Source: Candidatus Latescibacterota bacterium (lineage in GTDB: Bacteria > Latescibacterota > UBA2968 > UBA8231). Taken from it: 64,000 nt of DNA. Made by a program: the position numbers and the translations under genes. The stretch spans positions 1,216,001-1,280,000 of the forward strand of contig CBDCSU010000005.1 of NCBI GenBank assembly GCA_965221775.1. Reading direction: 5' to 3'. Below, one piece after another: positions 29,138-37,024 of this stretch (positions are counted from its first letter, which is position 1; every line of letters starts with the position of its first letter). The notes under the pieces are model-generated. The model saw only the letters and a program-made list of their open reading frames with translations. It did not search any database and was not told where the DNA came from.

Positions 29138-30064
29138 CTATGGCTGCCATGACACCTCCGGGGGCCCGAAGGTGCCATAGCCGCCTTGTCCGGACCGGCG
29201 GATGGGGGACCGGAGGATCCTGAAGATCCCCCAGGAACGGAACCAGCGGCCGCGGTCGGAGGCGGCCGGGTCATAGCCATGCGCCAACAGCGACTTGACC
29301 GCATGGGGCGACGCCGGTATGTGCCAGAGCGGCCAGGAGTAGGCCCCTGCCTTCCACGAACCGGAGCATCCCTGAGTGAGCGTTCGTTTCGGGCTTCCGA
29401 ATACGGGATGCCGGCTCAATCCCAGGATAGCCAGGGCTTCGGGGCCCGGGTTCGTGAGCTTCGGGTCGGGTCCTGACTTCAGCGCGGGATTGCAGGCTCT
29501 CAGAGCATACACCCGGTCATCAACGATGTCCCAGCCCAGAGAAGGGAGCTTGCTCGCATACTCCCATGGACCCTGGAGACCGGAGAGCAAGTCCCCACGT
29601 GAGACTCCGCTGAGGATTCGGCGAGCCGTGGCGAGGAACTTCTGCTGCCCCGCCGAGAAATAGAGGTCCGACGGCTTGGCGACGCCTTGATTGTCCAGAC
29701 TTCCTTCGGCTACCAGGGCGGCAATCAGACCGCCGGTCAAGACGCACCGGTCGGCCGAGGAGAGATACGTCCGCAGATCGTCAGGGGTGAGCTTCAGTTC
29801 ATCCCCTTTGGGCATGGCCGCGCCGTTCCGTAGCCTGGGGTTGGTTGCGTGGCTGTCCCTCCACAGGACAAGGGCCTTCATGCACTGATCCGCCAGGCGC
29901 TCAAGGCTGAACTCTCCATCCACGACTGCATGGGGAACGACGCCATCCTTCCACCAGAGCCGAGGCTTCTCACGCTCAGTGGCAAATGCAAGTTGAACGC
30001 CGACGGCGGCGAGAAAGCCCAAGGGGTTTGTTCCTTCGAGACCCGTGAGGTCGGTCTGGTTCAT
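29138..30064 (-). CDS. cas8g2: Type I-G CRISPR-associated Cas8g2 (Cas8u2-like) large subunit
   Basis: GLEGTNPLGFLAAVG, SAGQQKFL, GPWEY, DRVYAL...P, WPLW; position directly after cas3. Confidence 0.75.
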   Translation of the reverse strand: MNQTDLTGLEGTNPLGFLAAVGVQLAFATEREKPRLWWKDGVVPHAVVDGEFSLERLADQCMKALVLWRDSHATNPRLRNGAAMPKGDELKLTPDDLRTYLSSADRCVLTGGLIAALVAEGSLDNQGVAKPSDLYFSAGQQKFLATARRILSGVSRGDLLSGLQGPWEYASKLPSLGWDIVDDRVYALRACNPALKSGPDPKLTNPGPEALAILGLSRHPVFGSPKRTLTQGCSGSWKAGAYSWPLWHIPASPHAVKSLLAHGYDPAASDRGRWFRSWGIFRILRSPIRRSGQGGYGTFGPPEVSWQP

Positions 30065-32786
30065 GGTGCTCGGCCTCCTCGCCGGTCTGTTGATGATCGG
30101 CCAGCCGCAGGATCGCCTCGAACCAGGCCAGGCCGTGGTATCCGTACCGTTCGACCAGGCGCCAGAAACGGTCGGCCATGTCGAGAGCCAGGGTGCTTTC
30201 CACGAGATCGGAGTTGGCCTCCAGGAGGTGTCCGGCCAAGGTACAGGTGAGTCTCCGAGGCTCCGGATCCTCAACTATGGGCAACAACGGACGCCCCCAT
30301 CCGTGGTGAGTTCCGACCAAGTAGAGAACCAGGTCTTTATCGTGGGCACCCTCCAGGATGCCCGGGTTCGACGCTGCCATGGCGACGCTGGCCACTTCAT
30401 GTCGCATTCCCGTCGGACAGTGGCCCCCTCTTGCAACCCTCCGCAGAGATTTGGCAAGGGGCTCCCTCTGCATTTCCAATTCCACTGGATCACCCCCCAC
30501 CAACTCGGCCTGGAAGCGCCTGTCCACCTTCCCGAGGTCGTGTAGAAGGCCGGCCAGGCGCAGATCCCCCCGCAGTTCGGAGGGAAAGCCCAGAGACTCG
30601 GCGATGTGGCCTGCCCGCTCCCTTACACCATCGAGATGCCGGCTCAGCGTCACACCCGTACCGATCAGGGAGCCCGACTGGTCCGAGCCGTCCATGGCAG
30701 CAGTGTCCACTATCGGGCCTTTGGTCCCGCCATGCCGCTCTGTCAAGACGTAATAGCCATGGTCTGAACCGTGTTCCCCGAGCCCTACCGAGTCTATTTC
30801 AAAGCCGTCGCCCAACCTCTCCAGGGTCTCGCGCTCCCAGTCGAGTCGTTGGCCAGAGTCGGCGCTCCATCGATGCAGCCAGTCTCCGACTCGTTCCTCA
30901 TTGGATGAACCCTCTGCAGGATCGACGGAAGGCAACGGCGGGGACACGATGCCGGGCAGTCGCGGATCGAGGCGCAAGGTTGCTCTTCGGCTGCAGGCGA
31001 CTTGCGCCACATCTCCAAGGTCGGCCACATGCTCTCTCGAAGAGGGATCCCAGTTCGCGGCTCTCAGGCCGCCTCGACGGGGATCCACGATGAGAATGTC
31101 CCCTGGATCAACCGCATCAGCCGGAATGCACTCCGGACCGCTGTCGAATCCCATCCAGCGCACCCATTCGGTCTCTCGGTCGGCACCTCGATCACCATCC
31201 GCGGTGTCCACCTCGCCGCAGCTGGAAAGCCAGGACTTGGCGGCATCGATGGAAACTGGCAGGAACTCCGACGGCCGCGGCGGGACCAGCCGAAGTGCCT
31301 CCTCGGATCTGTCCCATCGCCAGACGATGGAGACATCCGGAGCACACCTCCTCCCCAGACCGCGCAGGAACCAATCAACGGAAGGCTGCACGATCGGCTG
31401 CGGGCTGGTCTGGGTCCAGGCGTCCATGTGCGTCTTCAGCAGCCGGGGAGCTCGAGCCCTTGGAGCAAGAGCCTCGCTTGGGAAGTCCTGGAGAGAGGCT
31501 GGCCCCACATCGATCGGACCATCCTTGCTTCTGCGTTCGAGTTCGGCCCAGGTCGCCTTGACGGAGGAAACCACCGGCCTGCAGCCCACGATCCAGGCTC
31601 GAGCGGACCTTCCCGTCCGCGAGGAGTACCTGCCACGCCGGTCGAGGCGGCCGAGTCGCTGTCGCAGGCTGTCTATGGGAGCACACTCGGTGATGAGGGC
31701 GTCGAAGGTGAAGTCGGCCCCGACCTCGATGGCTTGCGTGGAAACGACGATGGTCAGTCCCTCCCCTCGCCCTGCACCATCCGGATCAAGGGCGGAACCG
31801 ATTCTTGCCACGGTGTCCAAGCGGTCCAATGGCCGCATGCGTCCGGTGACCAGAAAGGTGGTATAGCCTCTATCTCGGAGCGTTCGATGGACTTCCCGGG
31901 CCATTCGCACCCGGTTCACCACGACCCCGACGGTTCGGATGTCCTGGCGAGATTCCAGCTTGCCCACTGACTTGACGATCTTGAGAACGGCACCCGGCAT
32001 GAGGTCGTGACTCGCCAGCGGCACCAGCTCCGCCTCCTTGGCCGCCTGCACCCGGCGGCGCAGTTCAGCACACCTCTCCAAGTCGGCGACAGGATCAAGC
32101 CTGAAGGGTTCAGCGTCGCTGTCGGTGGGGGTCGCCGACATCTCAACCAGGCCGTAGCGTTCAGGCGGCCCCCAGCACCGCAAGGCTCCTACCTGCGCCA
32201 GTGTCTCTGCGAAGGGAAGGCCTGGATGGAGTTCGTCAAGGATCACCAGACAGTCGTTGCCTGCAAGGCCCGCGTGAATCGGCCACATTGTCGGCTTCAC
32301 GCCCTGGCCACGGAAGAGCAAGCGGGAGCCGAACTGATCCACGGTGGAGACAGCCACCCATGGTTGATCCGGGCGGTGACTCCACTCGTCCACGGGAACG
32401 CCGCCCCGCAAGGCGGCGCATCCCAACGGTTCTCCCGGGCTCAAGGTTTCAAGCCGTTGTCTCACTCTTCGCAGGATCGGCGTGTCGCCTGCCTCTATGC
32501 GGTCGAGGATCCGTAGCGCCCGCTTGCATGCCTGATGGACGACGACGCGTCTGTCCACGACGAAGACGATTCGCCGTGGCGCATCTGCGGGCCTGAGGGC
32601 AAGGGCAAAGACGGCCACATCGAGCACGGCGGTCTTCCCGGAGCCGGTGGGCAGGTCGATCACCTTCGGCCACTCTCCGCTCTCGAGGACCTGACTCGCC
32701 AGACGTTGCTGCCAGGGGAAGGGACTCTGACCGTGCACGTCCTGGAAGAAGAACGGAAAGTGGCCGGGCAGGAGGTCTTCACTCAT
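29976..32786 (-). CDS. cas3: Type I-G Cas3 helicase with C-terminal HD nuclease
   Basis: PFPWQ, LPTGSGKT, DELH, MSATP, TQAIEVGAD, QRLGRLDRRG; C-terminal H...LHDLGK...RHE...HHG...LAD; ATGA overlap with csb2. Confidence 0.93.
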   Translation of the reverse strand: MSEDLLPGHFPFFFQDVHGQSPFPWQQRLASQVLESGEWPKVIDLPTGSGKTAVLDVAVFALALRPADAPRRIVFVVDRRVVVHQACKRALRILDRIEAGDTPILRRVRQRLETLSPGEPLGCAALRGGVPVDEWSHRPDQPWVAVSTVDQFGSRLLFRGQGVKPTMWPIHAGLAGNDCLVILDELHPGLPFAETLAQVGALRCWGPPERYGLVEMSATPTDSDAEPFRLDPVADLERCAELRRRVQAAKEAELVPLASHDLMPGAVLKIVKSVGKLESRQDIRTVGVVVNRVRMAREVHRTLRDRGYTTFLVTGRMRPLDRLDTVARIGSALDPDGAGRGEGLTIVVSTQAIEVGADFTFDALITECAPIDSLRQRLGRLDRRGRYSSRTGRSARAWIVGCRPVVSSVKATWAELERRSKDGPIDVGPASLQDFPSEALAPRARAPRLLKTHMDAWTQTSPQPIVQPSVDWFLRGLGRRCAPDVSIVWRWDRSEEALRLVPPRPSEFLPVSIDAAKSWLSSCGEVDTADGDRGADRETEWVRWMGFDSGPECIPADAVDPGDILIVDPRRGGLRAANWDPSSREHVADLGDVAQVACSRRATLRLDPRLPGIVSPPLPSVDPAEGSSNEERVGDWLHRWSADSGQRLDWERETLERLGDGFEIDSVGLGEHGSDHGYYVLTERHGGTKGPIVDTAAMDGSDQSGSLIGTGVTLSRHLDGVRERAGHIAESLGFPSELRGDLRLAGLLHDLGKVDRRFQAELVGGDPVELEMQREPLAKSLRRVARGGHCPTGMRHEVASVAMAASNPGILEGAHDKDLVLYLVGTHHGWGRPLLPIVEDPEPRRLTCTLAGHLLEANSDLVESTLALDMADRFWRLVERYGYHGLAWFEAILRLADHQQTGEEAEHHEPDRPHGSRRNKPLGLSRRRRRSTCICH

Positions 32787-34318
32787 CGAGACTCCGGCAC
32801 TGGGCGCATCAGTCCCAGCCCCATGAATCGACCGGCCCCGAGCATCAGTGGCCCCTCTACGGGGTGCTTGAATGTCACCGCTGCGTGAACGAGCTGGCGT
32901 CTGACCAGTGTGCCCTCCCGCCCTCTCTGGCTGAATGGCGGATAGCGCCCGGCCGGCGTGGACCCCGCGATGAACGGGCTCAGCGCAATCTCCACTGCCG
33001 AGGGTTCCGGCAATCCGACGTGCACGCAGGCGGCTGCGACGGCCCCCTCGGCCAGTCTCCAGGCCTCGGCTCGCGCACCGACCCTCCCCGCCCTCAGGCT
33101 GCCAGGATGTCTTGGCAGCGCAATGGGCGTCGCCGACACCCACCGCCGGGAAGGACGATGCCAGGCACTTGGCCGCAGGTCGGCCGCGTCGGGAGGCCCG
33201 CGGTGGCGGTCCATGCGGAGTACGCCCTGAGATCCCAGAGTGAGCCTGAGGGGATAGGGCTGCTGGGGAGCCCCCTGCTCCCACCTGCGGACCGCCCGGA
33301 AAAGGGCCCGGCGCGTGTCGTCTCCCAGGGATCTCGGCACGGACAGGGCGATACCGAGCAGACGCGCGTCCCCGCGCTCAGAGCCGATGTTCGGCAGAGG
33401 AAGGAACGCCACATGGGGGTCGCAGGTCGGCTTGCCATCCGGCCTGTGGCCGCTCAGCTCTTCGGGAATCGGATCCTCGGCGTGCTTGAGAGTGGCTCTT
33501 CGCATGGCCGCCGCAGAATCCACTGCTCGTGTAGCTGGAAGGAAGCGGCAGTTCTGCGCGAATGCGAAGACGATCCATTCGCCAAGAGTGTTGGGCTGCA
33601 AGGTTGGCTCATCCTGCACGGTCTCCGCTGTGGAACTGTATCGAACGTCCGTGTATGGCAGGGCTCGGGGCCTGACGCCCTGGTGTCGGAGATACTGCCG
33701 TTGGAGCGCTCCAAGTTGGCCCCGCCTTACAGCGCGCAGGCCATCTGTACCGCGGCCTGGCGTGTAACTGGCGCGAATAGACTCCCGCACCACACGGCAG
33801 GAAACGAGGGAAGAGGAGTGGCCCAGCCGGGCAACTCGGCTGAGAAGGTGGTCCATGGTCTCGCCCATGCCTCCTGGAGCAGCCTCTTCCCAGAGATATG
33901 TAGCCCGGGGCCGGCGGGGAGTCACGGACGGGAAGAACCGCTCCTGGGGGAGAAAGTTCCTGTCCTGTTTGTCCCTGCTGTCTCTTGGCTCAGTCCGATG
34001 GTCCGGGAGTATGCGCATCGATGAAGAGGGGTTCGAGTCGATGATGCGAACATCGTTCACCGGAACGAAATGCGAGACTACCCTGCGCGGCGCGGCTTCC
34101 GACGCGGCGATGGCGGGTGCTCCCTGGGCCTCGAGCCATTCCAGGGCATCGCGTTCCTCGGGATCGCGACCATCCTCGGCCCAGACCGCCACGAGTGCAG
34201 AGAACACACGCGCCGGGTGCGGTGGCCACTCCCCCCGCCGGCGGTCGTTGTGGAACGTGGCCACGTACCGCTCCGTCAGGAAGTTCACTTCGATGCCGAA
34301 ATTCGCCAAGCGAGACAT
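32783..34318 (-). CDS. csb2: Type I-G Csb2 (Cas5/Cas6 fusion)
   Basis: EWPPHPARVFSALVA, WVSATP, C-terminal Gly-rich loop GPLMLGAGRFMGLGLMRP. Confidence 0.92.
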   Translation of the reverse strand: MSRLANFGIEVNFLTERYVATFHNDRRRGEWPPHPARVFSALVAVWAEDGRDPEERDALEWLEAQGAPAIAASEAAPRRVVSHFVPVNDVRIIDSNPSSSMRILPDHRTEPRDSRDKQDRNFLPQERFFPSVTPRRPRATYLWEEAAPGGMGETMDHLLSRVARLGHSSSLVSCRVVRESIRASYTPGRGTDGLRAVRRGQLGALQRQYLRHQGVRPRALPYTDVRYSSTAETVQDEPTLQPNTLGEWIVFAFAQNCRFLPATRAVDSAAAMRRATLKHAEDPIPEELSGHRPDGKPTCDPHVAFLPLPNIGSERGDARLLGIALSVPRSLGDDTRRALFRAVRRWEQGAPQQPYPLRLTLGSQGVLRMDRHRGPPDAADLRPSAWHRPSRRWVSATPIALPRHPGSLRAGRVGARAEAWRLAEGAVAAACVHVGLPEPSAVEIALSPFIAGSTPAGRYPPFSQRGREGTLVRRQLVHAAVTFKHPVEGPLMLGAGRFMGLGLMRPVPESR

Positions 34319-34323
34319 GCTGC

Positions 34324-35577
34324 CTACTCAGGGGAATGTTCGGTGGCCGACAACTTTCTGCTGCGGAGAATCAGTTCGATCAGCTTTGGTGCTGGTGTCA
34401 GGCGAAGGCCACCGGTTTCCCAACCGATTCCGACCGCTTCCGCGCGCTCGGCAGCAGAAGACAGGACTTCGGCAGCCATGCTCTTGTCCAACTGGACGAC
34501 CTCGCTGGCAGAGCCGTCGCGGGAGAGCATGCTGGCCCGTAGCGGGTGGGTTGGAAGGAGGAGACATCGTGACCGCAGGTCGAAGTCCTTCTCGTACTGA
34601 TAGGCAATGGCAGCGACGCCCAATGCTGCAACCGCGGTGCGGGCCGCTGTCTCTGCTTCGCTGTCGAACCCCTTGAACCTCAGGCGGCGAAGTGCCGCGA
34701 AAGAGATAACGGTGGTCTGCCGGGCCTTCGAGATCGTGACGCCGCCAGCCTCGGCGTCTATGGAAGGAACGATGTTCCCGTGGTTGATCTTTGACGGCTG
34801 ACCAGCCTCCCCGCTCATGCTGCCCCGCGAAGCGTATACAGGGTTCCCCTTCTTGTCCTTCTCCGCTGCCTCCGGGTCGTGAGTCCAGACCTCGGCCGGA
34901 TCCTCGCTGTTGAGCACGCGATCCTCCGGCGCAACCCTTTCGATCTGGAGTGGGTCTATGCGGCTTCCCACCTTCTTCCCCACAGCGGCGTCGAAACCGA
35001 CGATTTCCGATACATAGGCGCGTTGGAAACGCGGGCCGAGTCCGCCTTTCGGGCCCGTCGAATCCCACATACCGAACAACAGGGAGGTCGGCGAGTACCG
35101 GAACAGATCGGTAGCATTGCGCGGGGTTGCGTCGGTAATCGCTTGTCCCACATCCGACAGTCGAAACAGCGTTCCGCCGAACAGGCTGTCCCGGAAAATC
35201 GCATCTGCCAGGCGATGCGGCGCTTCGAGGACGGTGACCTTGTCATAGTCCGTTGCGTTCCCGGTCCCAGAGAAGTCCACGTACGGGACCGGGAAGGAGA
35301 GTTCCTCTCGCTCCCACCCCTCCAACAGGGCCAGCTCCGCCCTGTTGGCTTGTGACGCCACGGAGTCCAGCAGGACCGTAATGCTCGTCCTCTCCCCTTG
35401 TCCAACTTGACGCTCCTCAATGGCGTACCGGTGCTCGAGGCGTCCCTCCACCCTGTAAGATGGGGGGAAGACCTTGTCTCCCTCGCCACCAGCAGGCTGC
35501 AATGTCATGCGGGACCGCAAGGCCACCGCGCCGCCGGCGACAGCATCAAACAGGCGATCGAATGTGAGTCGCGACAC
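34324..35577 (-). CDS. csb1: Type I-G Cas7 backbone (Csb1)
   Basis: LQPAGG.GDKVFPPSY, LLDSVASQANRAE, APHRLADAI, PTSLLFGMWDS, SRIDPL, DLRSRC; AGGAGG RBS before GTG 35577. Confidence 0.93.
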   Translation of the reverse strand: MSRLTFDRLFDAVAGGAVALRSRMTLQPAGGEGDKVFPPSYRVEGRLEHRYAIEERQVGQGERTSITVLLDSVASQANRAELALLEGWEREELSFPVPYVDFSGTGNATDYDKVTVLEAPHRLADAIFRDSLFGGTLFRLSDVGQAITDATPRNATDLFRYSPTSLLFGMWDSTGPKGGLGPRFQRAYVSEIVGFDAAVGKKVGSRIDPLQIERVAPEDRVLNSEDPAEVWTHDPEAAEKDKKGNPVYASRGSMSGEAGQPSKINHGNIVPSIDAEAGGVTISKARQTTVISFAALRRLRFKGFDSEAETAARTAVAALGVAAIAYQYEKDFDLRSRCLLLPTHPLRASMLSRDGSASEVVQLDKSMAAEVLSSAAERAEAVGIGWETGGLRLTPAPKLIELILRSRKLSATEHSPE

Positions 35578-35609
35578 CCTCAGCCTCCTGAAAAAGGCTG
35601 TGTGCGGCT

Positions 35610-36110
35610 TCAGGGAGGGCAGGCGCTGGGCGCGCGCCTCCGGGCGCAGGTGTGTGTACTCGCCACTGGAGTGCCCAGCTCCGCCTTTTCCTCGGGTGCA
35701 ATGCTGGCCCGAGCTTTGGCCAGTTGCCGCTTGATGCGTCCCTTCCGGCCTGCCTCCAGGGACCTCGTGCGCTTTTCCGCGCAGACGAGGCATCGCCGGG
35801 CCGCCGGTCCCCTGTGCTCGATAGAGACCCCGCAATCCGCACACTCCCGGCGGCGTCGGCCGAGGGCCAGGGCTCGGATCGTCTCGCGCACGAGACTACG
35901 GACGCGCACCGGCGAGATTCCGTGCCTTGCGGCGATGGCGTCGACTCGGAGCTCCTCCCCCTTGAGGCCGTAGTACTCCGAGAGGATCTGCCGCGCGCGC
36001 TCCGGCAGACCCGCGATCAGATCGAGCGCCCAGGAGCGGATCTCGGCATCGGGTACTCCCTCGTGAAACTGGCTCCACAGGAGTATGCGCAGGGAACGGT
36101 GATGGTTCAC
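35610..36110 (-). CDS. Sigma70 region-4-like HTH protein with CxxC...CxxC zinc finger
   Basis: LPERARQILSEYYGL.GEEL...AIAARHGISPVRVRSL...IRAL (region-4 pattern), then CADCG...RRCLVC and a basic tail; AAGGAGG RBS; first gene of the cas operon. Confidence 0.75.
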   Translation of the reverse strand: MNHHRSLRILLWSQFHEGVPDAEIRSWALDLIAGLPERARQILSEYYGLKGEELRVDAIAARHGISPVRVRSLVRETIRALALGRRRRECADCGVSIEHRGPAARRCLVCAEKRTRSLEAGRKGRIKRQLAKARASIAPEEKAELGTPVASTHTCARRRAPSACPP

Positions 36111-36302
36111 TTCACTTCGCCTCCTTCTGTTTCGTGGCAGAGCCTTCAGCCTCGAGAGAATTCCCCTATCAGCTGGCCGAGACTGCGTGCTTCGATTCCA
36201 GGCGCGTGGGATGGTATGGAAGGCCTGCCTCGAAGAGTGATTGATAACACGCTTATACCTTCAGAGCTGTCCACAACGATCCTGGTCCCTGAGTTTGAAG
36301 TC

Positions 36303-36388
36303 GGGACAGCAACCCCTCATGCCCGAGTAGCCCACCCGATTCGGGAGGCCGCCCTGTCGGGCAGGAGCCCGGGAGGGGTTGCTGTCCC
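36303..36388. ncRNA. Candidate structured RNA element, copy 1
   Basis: 16-bp perfect inverted repeat GGGACAGCAACCCCTC/GAGGGGTTGCTGTCCC enclosing two short hairpins. Confidence 0.5.
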
Positions 36389-36617
36389 TTCGAGACGCAC
36401 ACACACAGACACATAACTCACGCAAAGTGGACACTTTCAAGGTTTTTCATTTATTGATAACACGCTTATACCATTCATGCTGGCACCTGGCCAGTCAGGA
36501 GACCAGAAGGGCTCGATGCTCGACTCTGCAAACTGTACATAGGGCCGATTGTGAACCATTGCAAGAGCAGGACCCACGAGCGTGATCCCCTTGTATCGAT
36601 CCTCCTTTGAACGAATC

Positions 36618-36708
36618 GGGATAGCAGCCCCTCACTCCTACAGGAACCTCCCGGAGGAGGGACCGAGAGACCCTACTGGGTTTTGAGCCCGTGAGGGGTT
36701 GCTATCCC
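36618..36708. ncRNA. Candidate structured RNA element, copy 2
   Basis: 18-bp inverted repeat GGGATAGCAGCCCCTCAC/GTGAGGGGTTGCTATCCC (one G-U pair on the + strand); compensatory changes relative to copy 1. Confidence 0.5.
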
Positions 36709-37024
36709 TCTCATCGCTACGATAGCAATTGCTGTGGGAGGTATGCAACTAACAATTACCCAGAGAGCGGCCATTGATTGCAGGTGGGCTTCGGAGAGTG
36801 TTTGATAACACAATTGGTGAATTGCTACCTGTGGGTTCATCTTTTGGGGTGTGAGCGTGTGCTCAAGGACTTTTCCGCCTGGGCCTTGCGCGCTCGGCGT
36901 ACTGAGACCGGGCGACCCGGACCGCTGCCGAGATGGCATCCCGAGTCGGCGGAATCTCTCTGATGGGGAAAAACCTGCGAGAGACGCCCATCCACCGGGG
37001 ATGGCGAGGGGCGCCGGCCGGCCC

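Larger units (their letters stand above)
36230..36811. promoter_or_regulatory. Three copies of a TTGATAACAC box
   Basis: ATTGATAACACGCTTATACC occurs exactly at 36240-36259 and 36453-36472; 36791-36811 matches 36230-36250 at 19/21 nt. Confidence 0.7.

Noticed and set aside
32787-33284. N-terminal extension of the cas3 ORF
   Set aside because: Overlaps csb2 in another frame; the ATGA-coupled start at 32786 fits better.
35578-35844. N-terminal extension of csb1 suggesting a fusion
   Set aside because: Overlaps the sigma4/Zn gene; an AGGAGG RBS supports GTG 35577.
36208-36227. Partial match (GGATGGTA and GAAGGCC) to the operon-proximal spacer, suggesting self-regulation
   Set aside because: The two blocks are spaced differently (2 vs 10 nt) and are short enough to be chance; needs a formal seed/PAM search.
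36303-36708. Hairpin units as a second CRISPR array, hammerhead ribozyme or retron msr-msd
   Set aside because: The repeats are inverted rather than regularly spaced direct repeats, there is no CUGAUGA/GAAA core, and no reverse transcriptase is present in the window.
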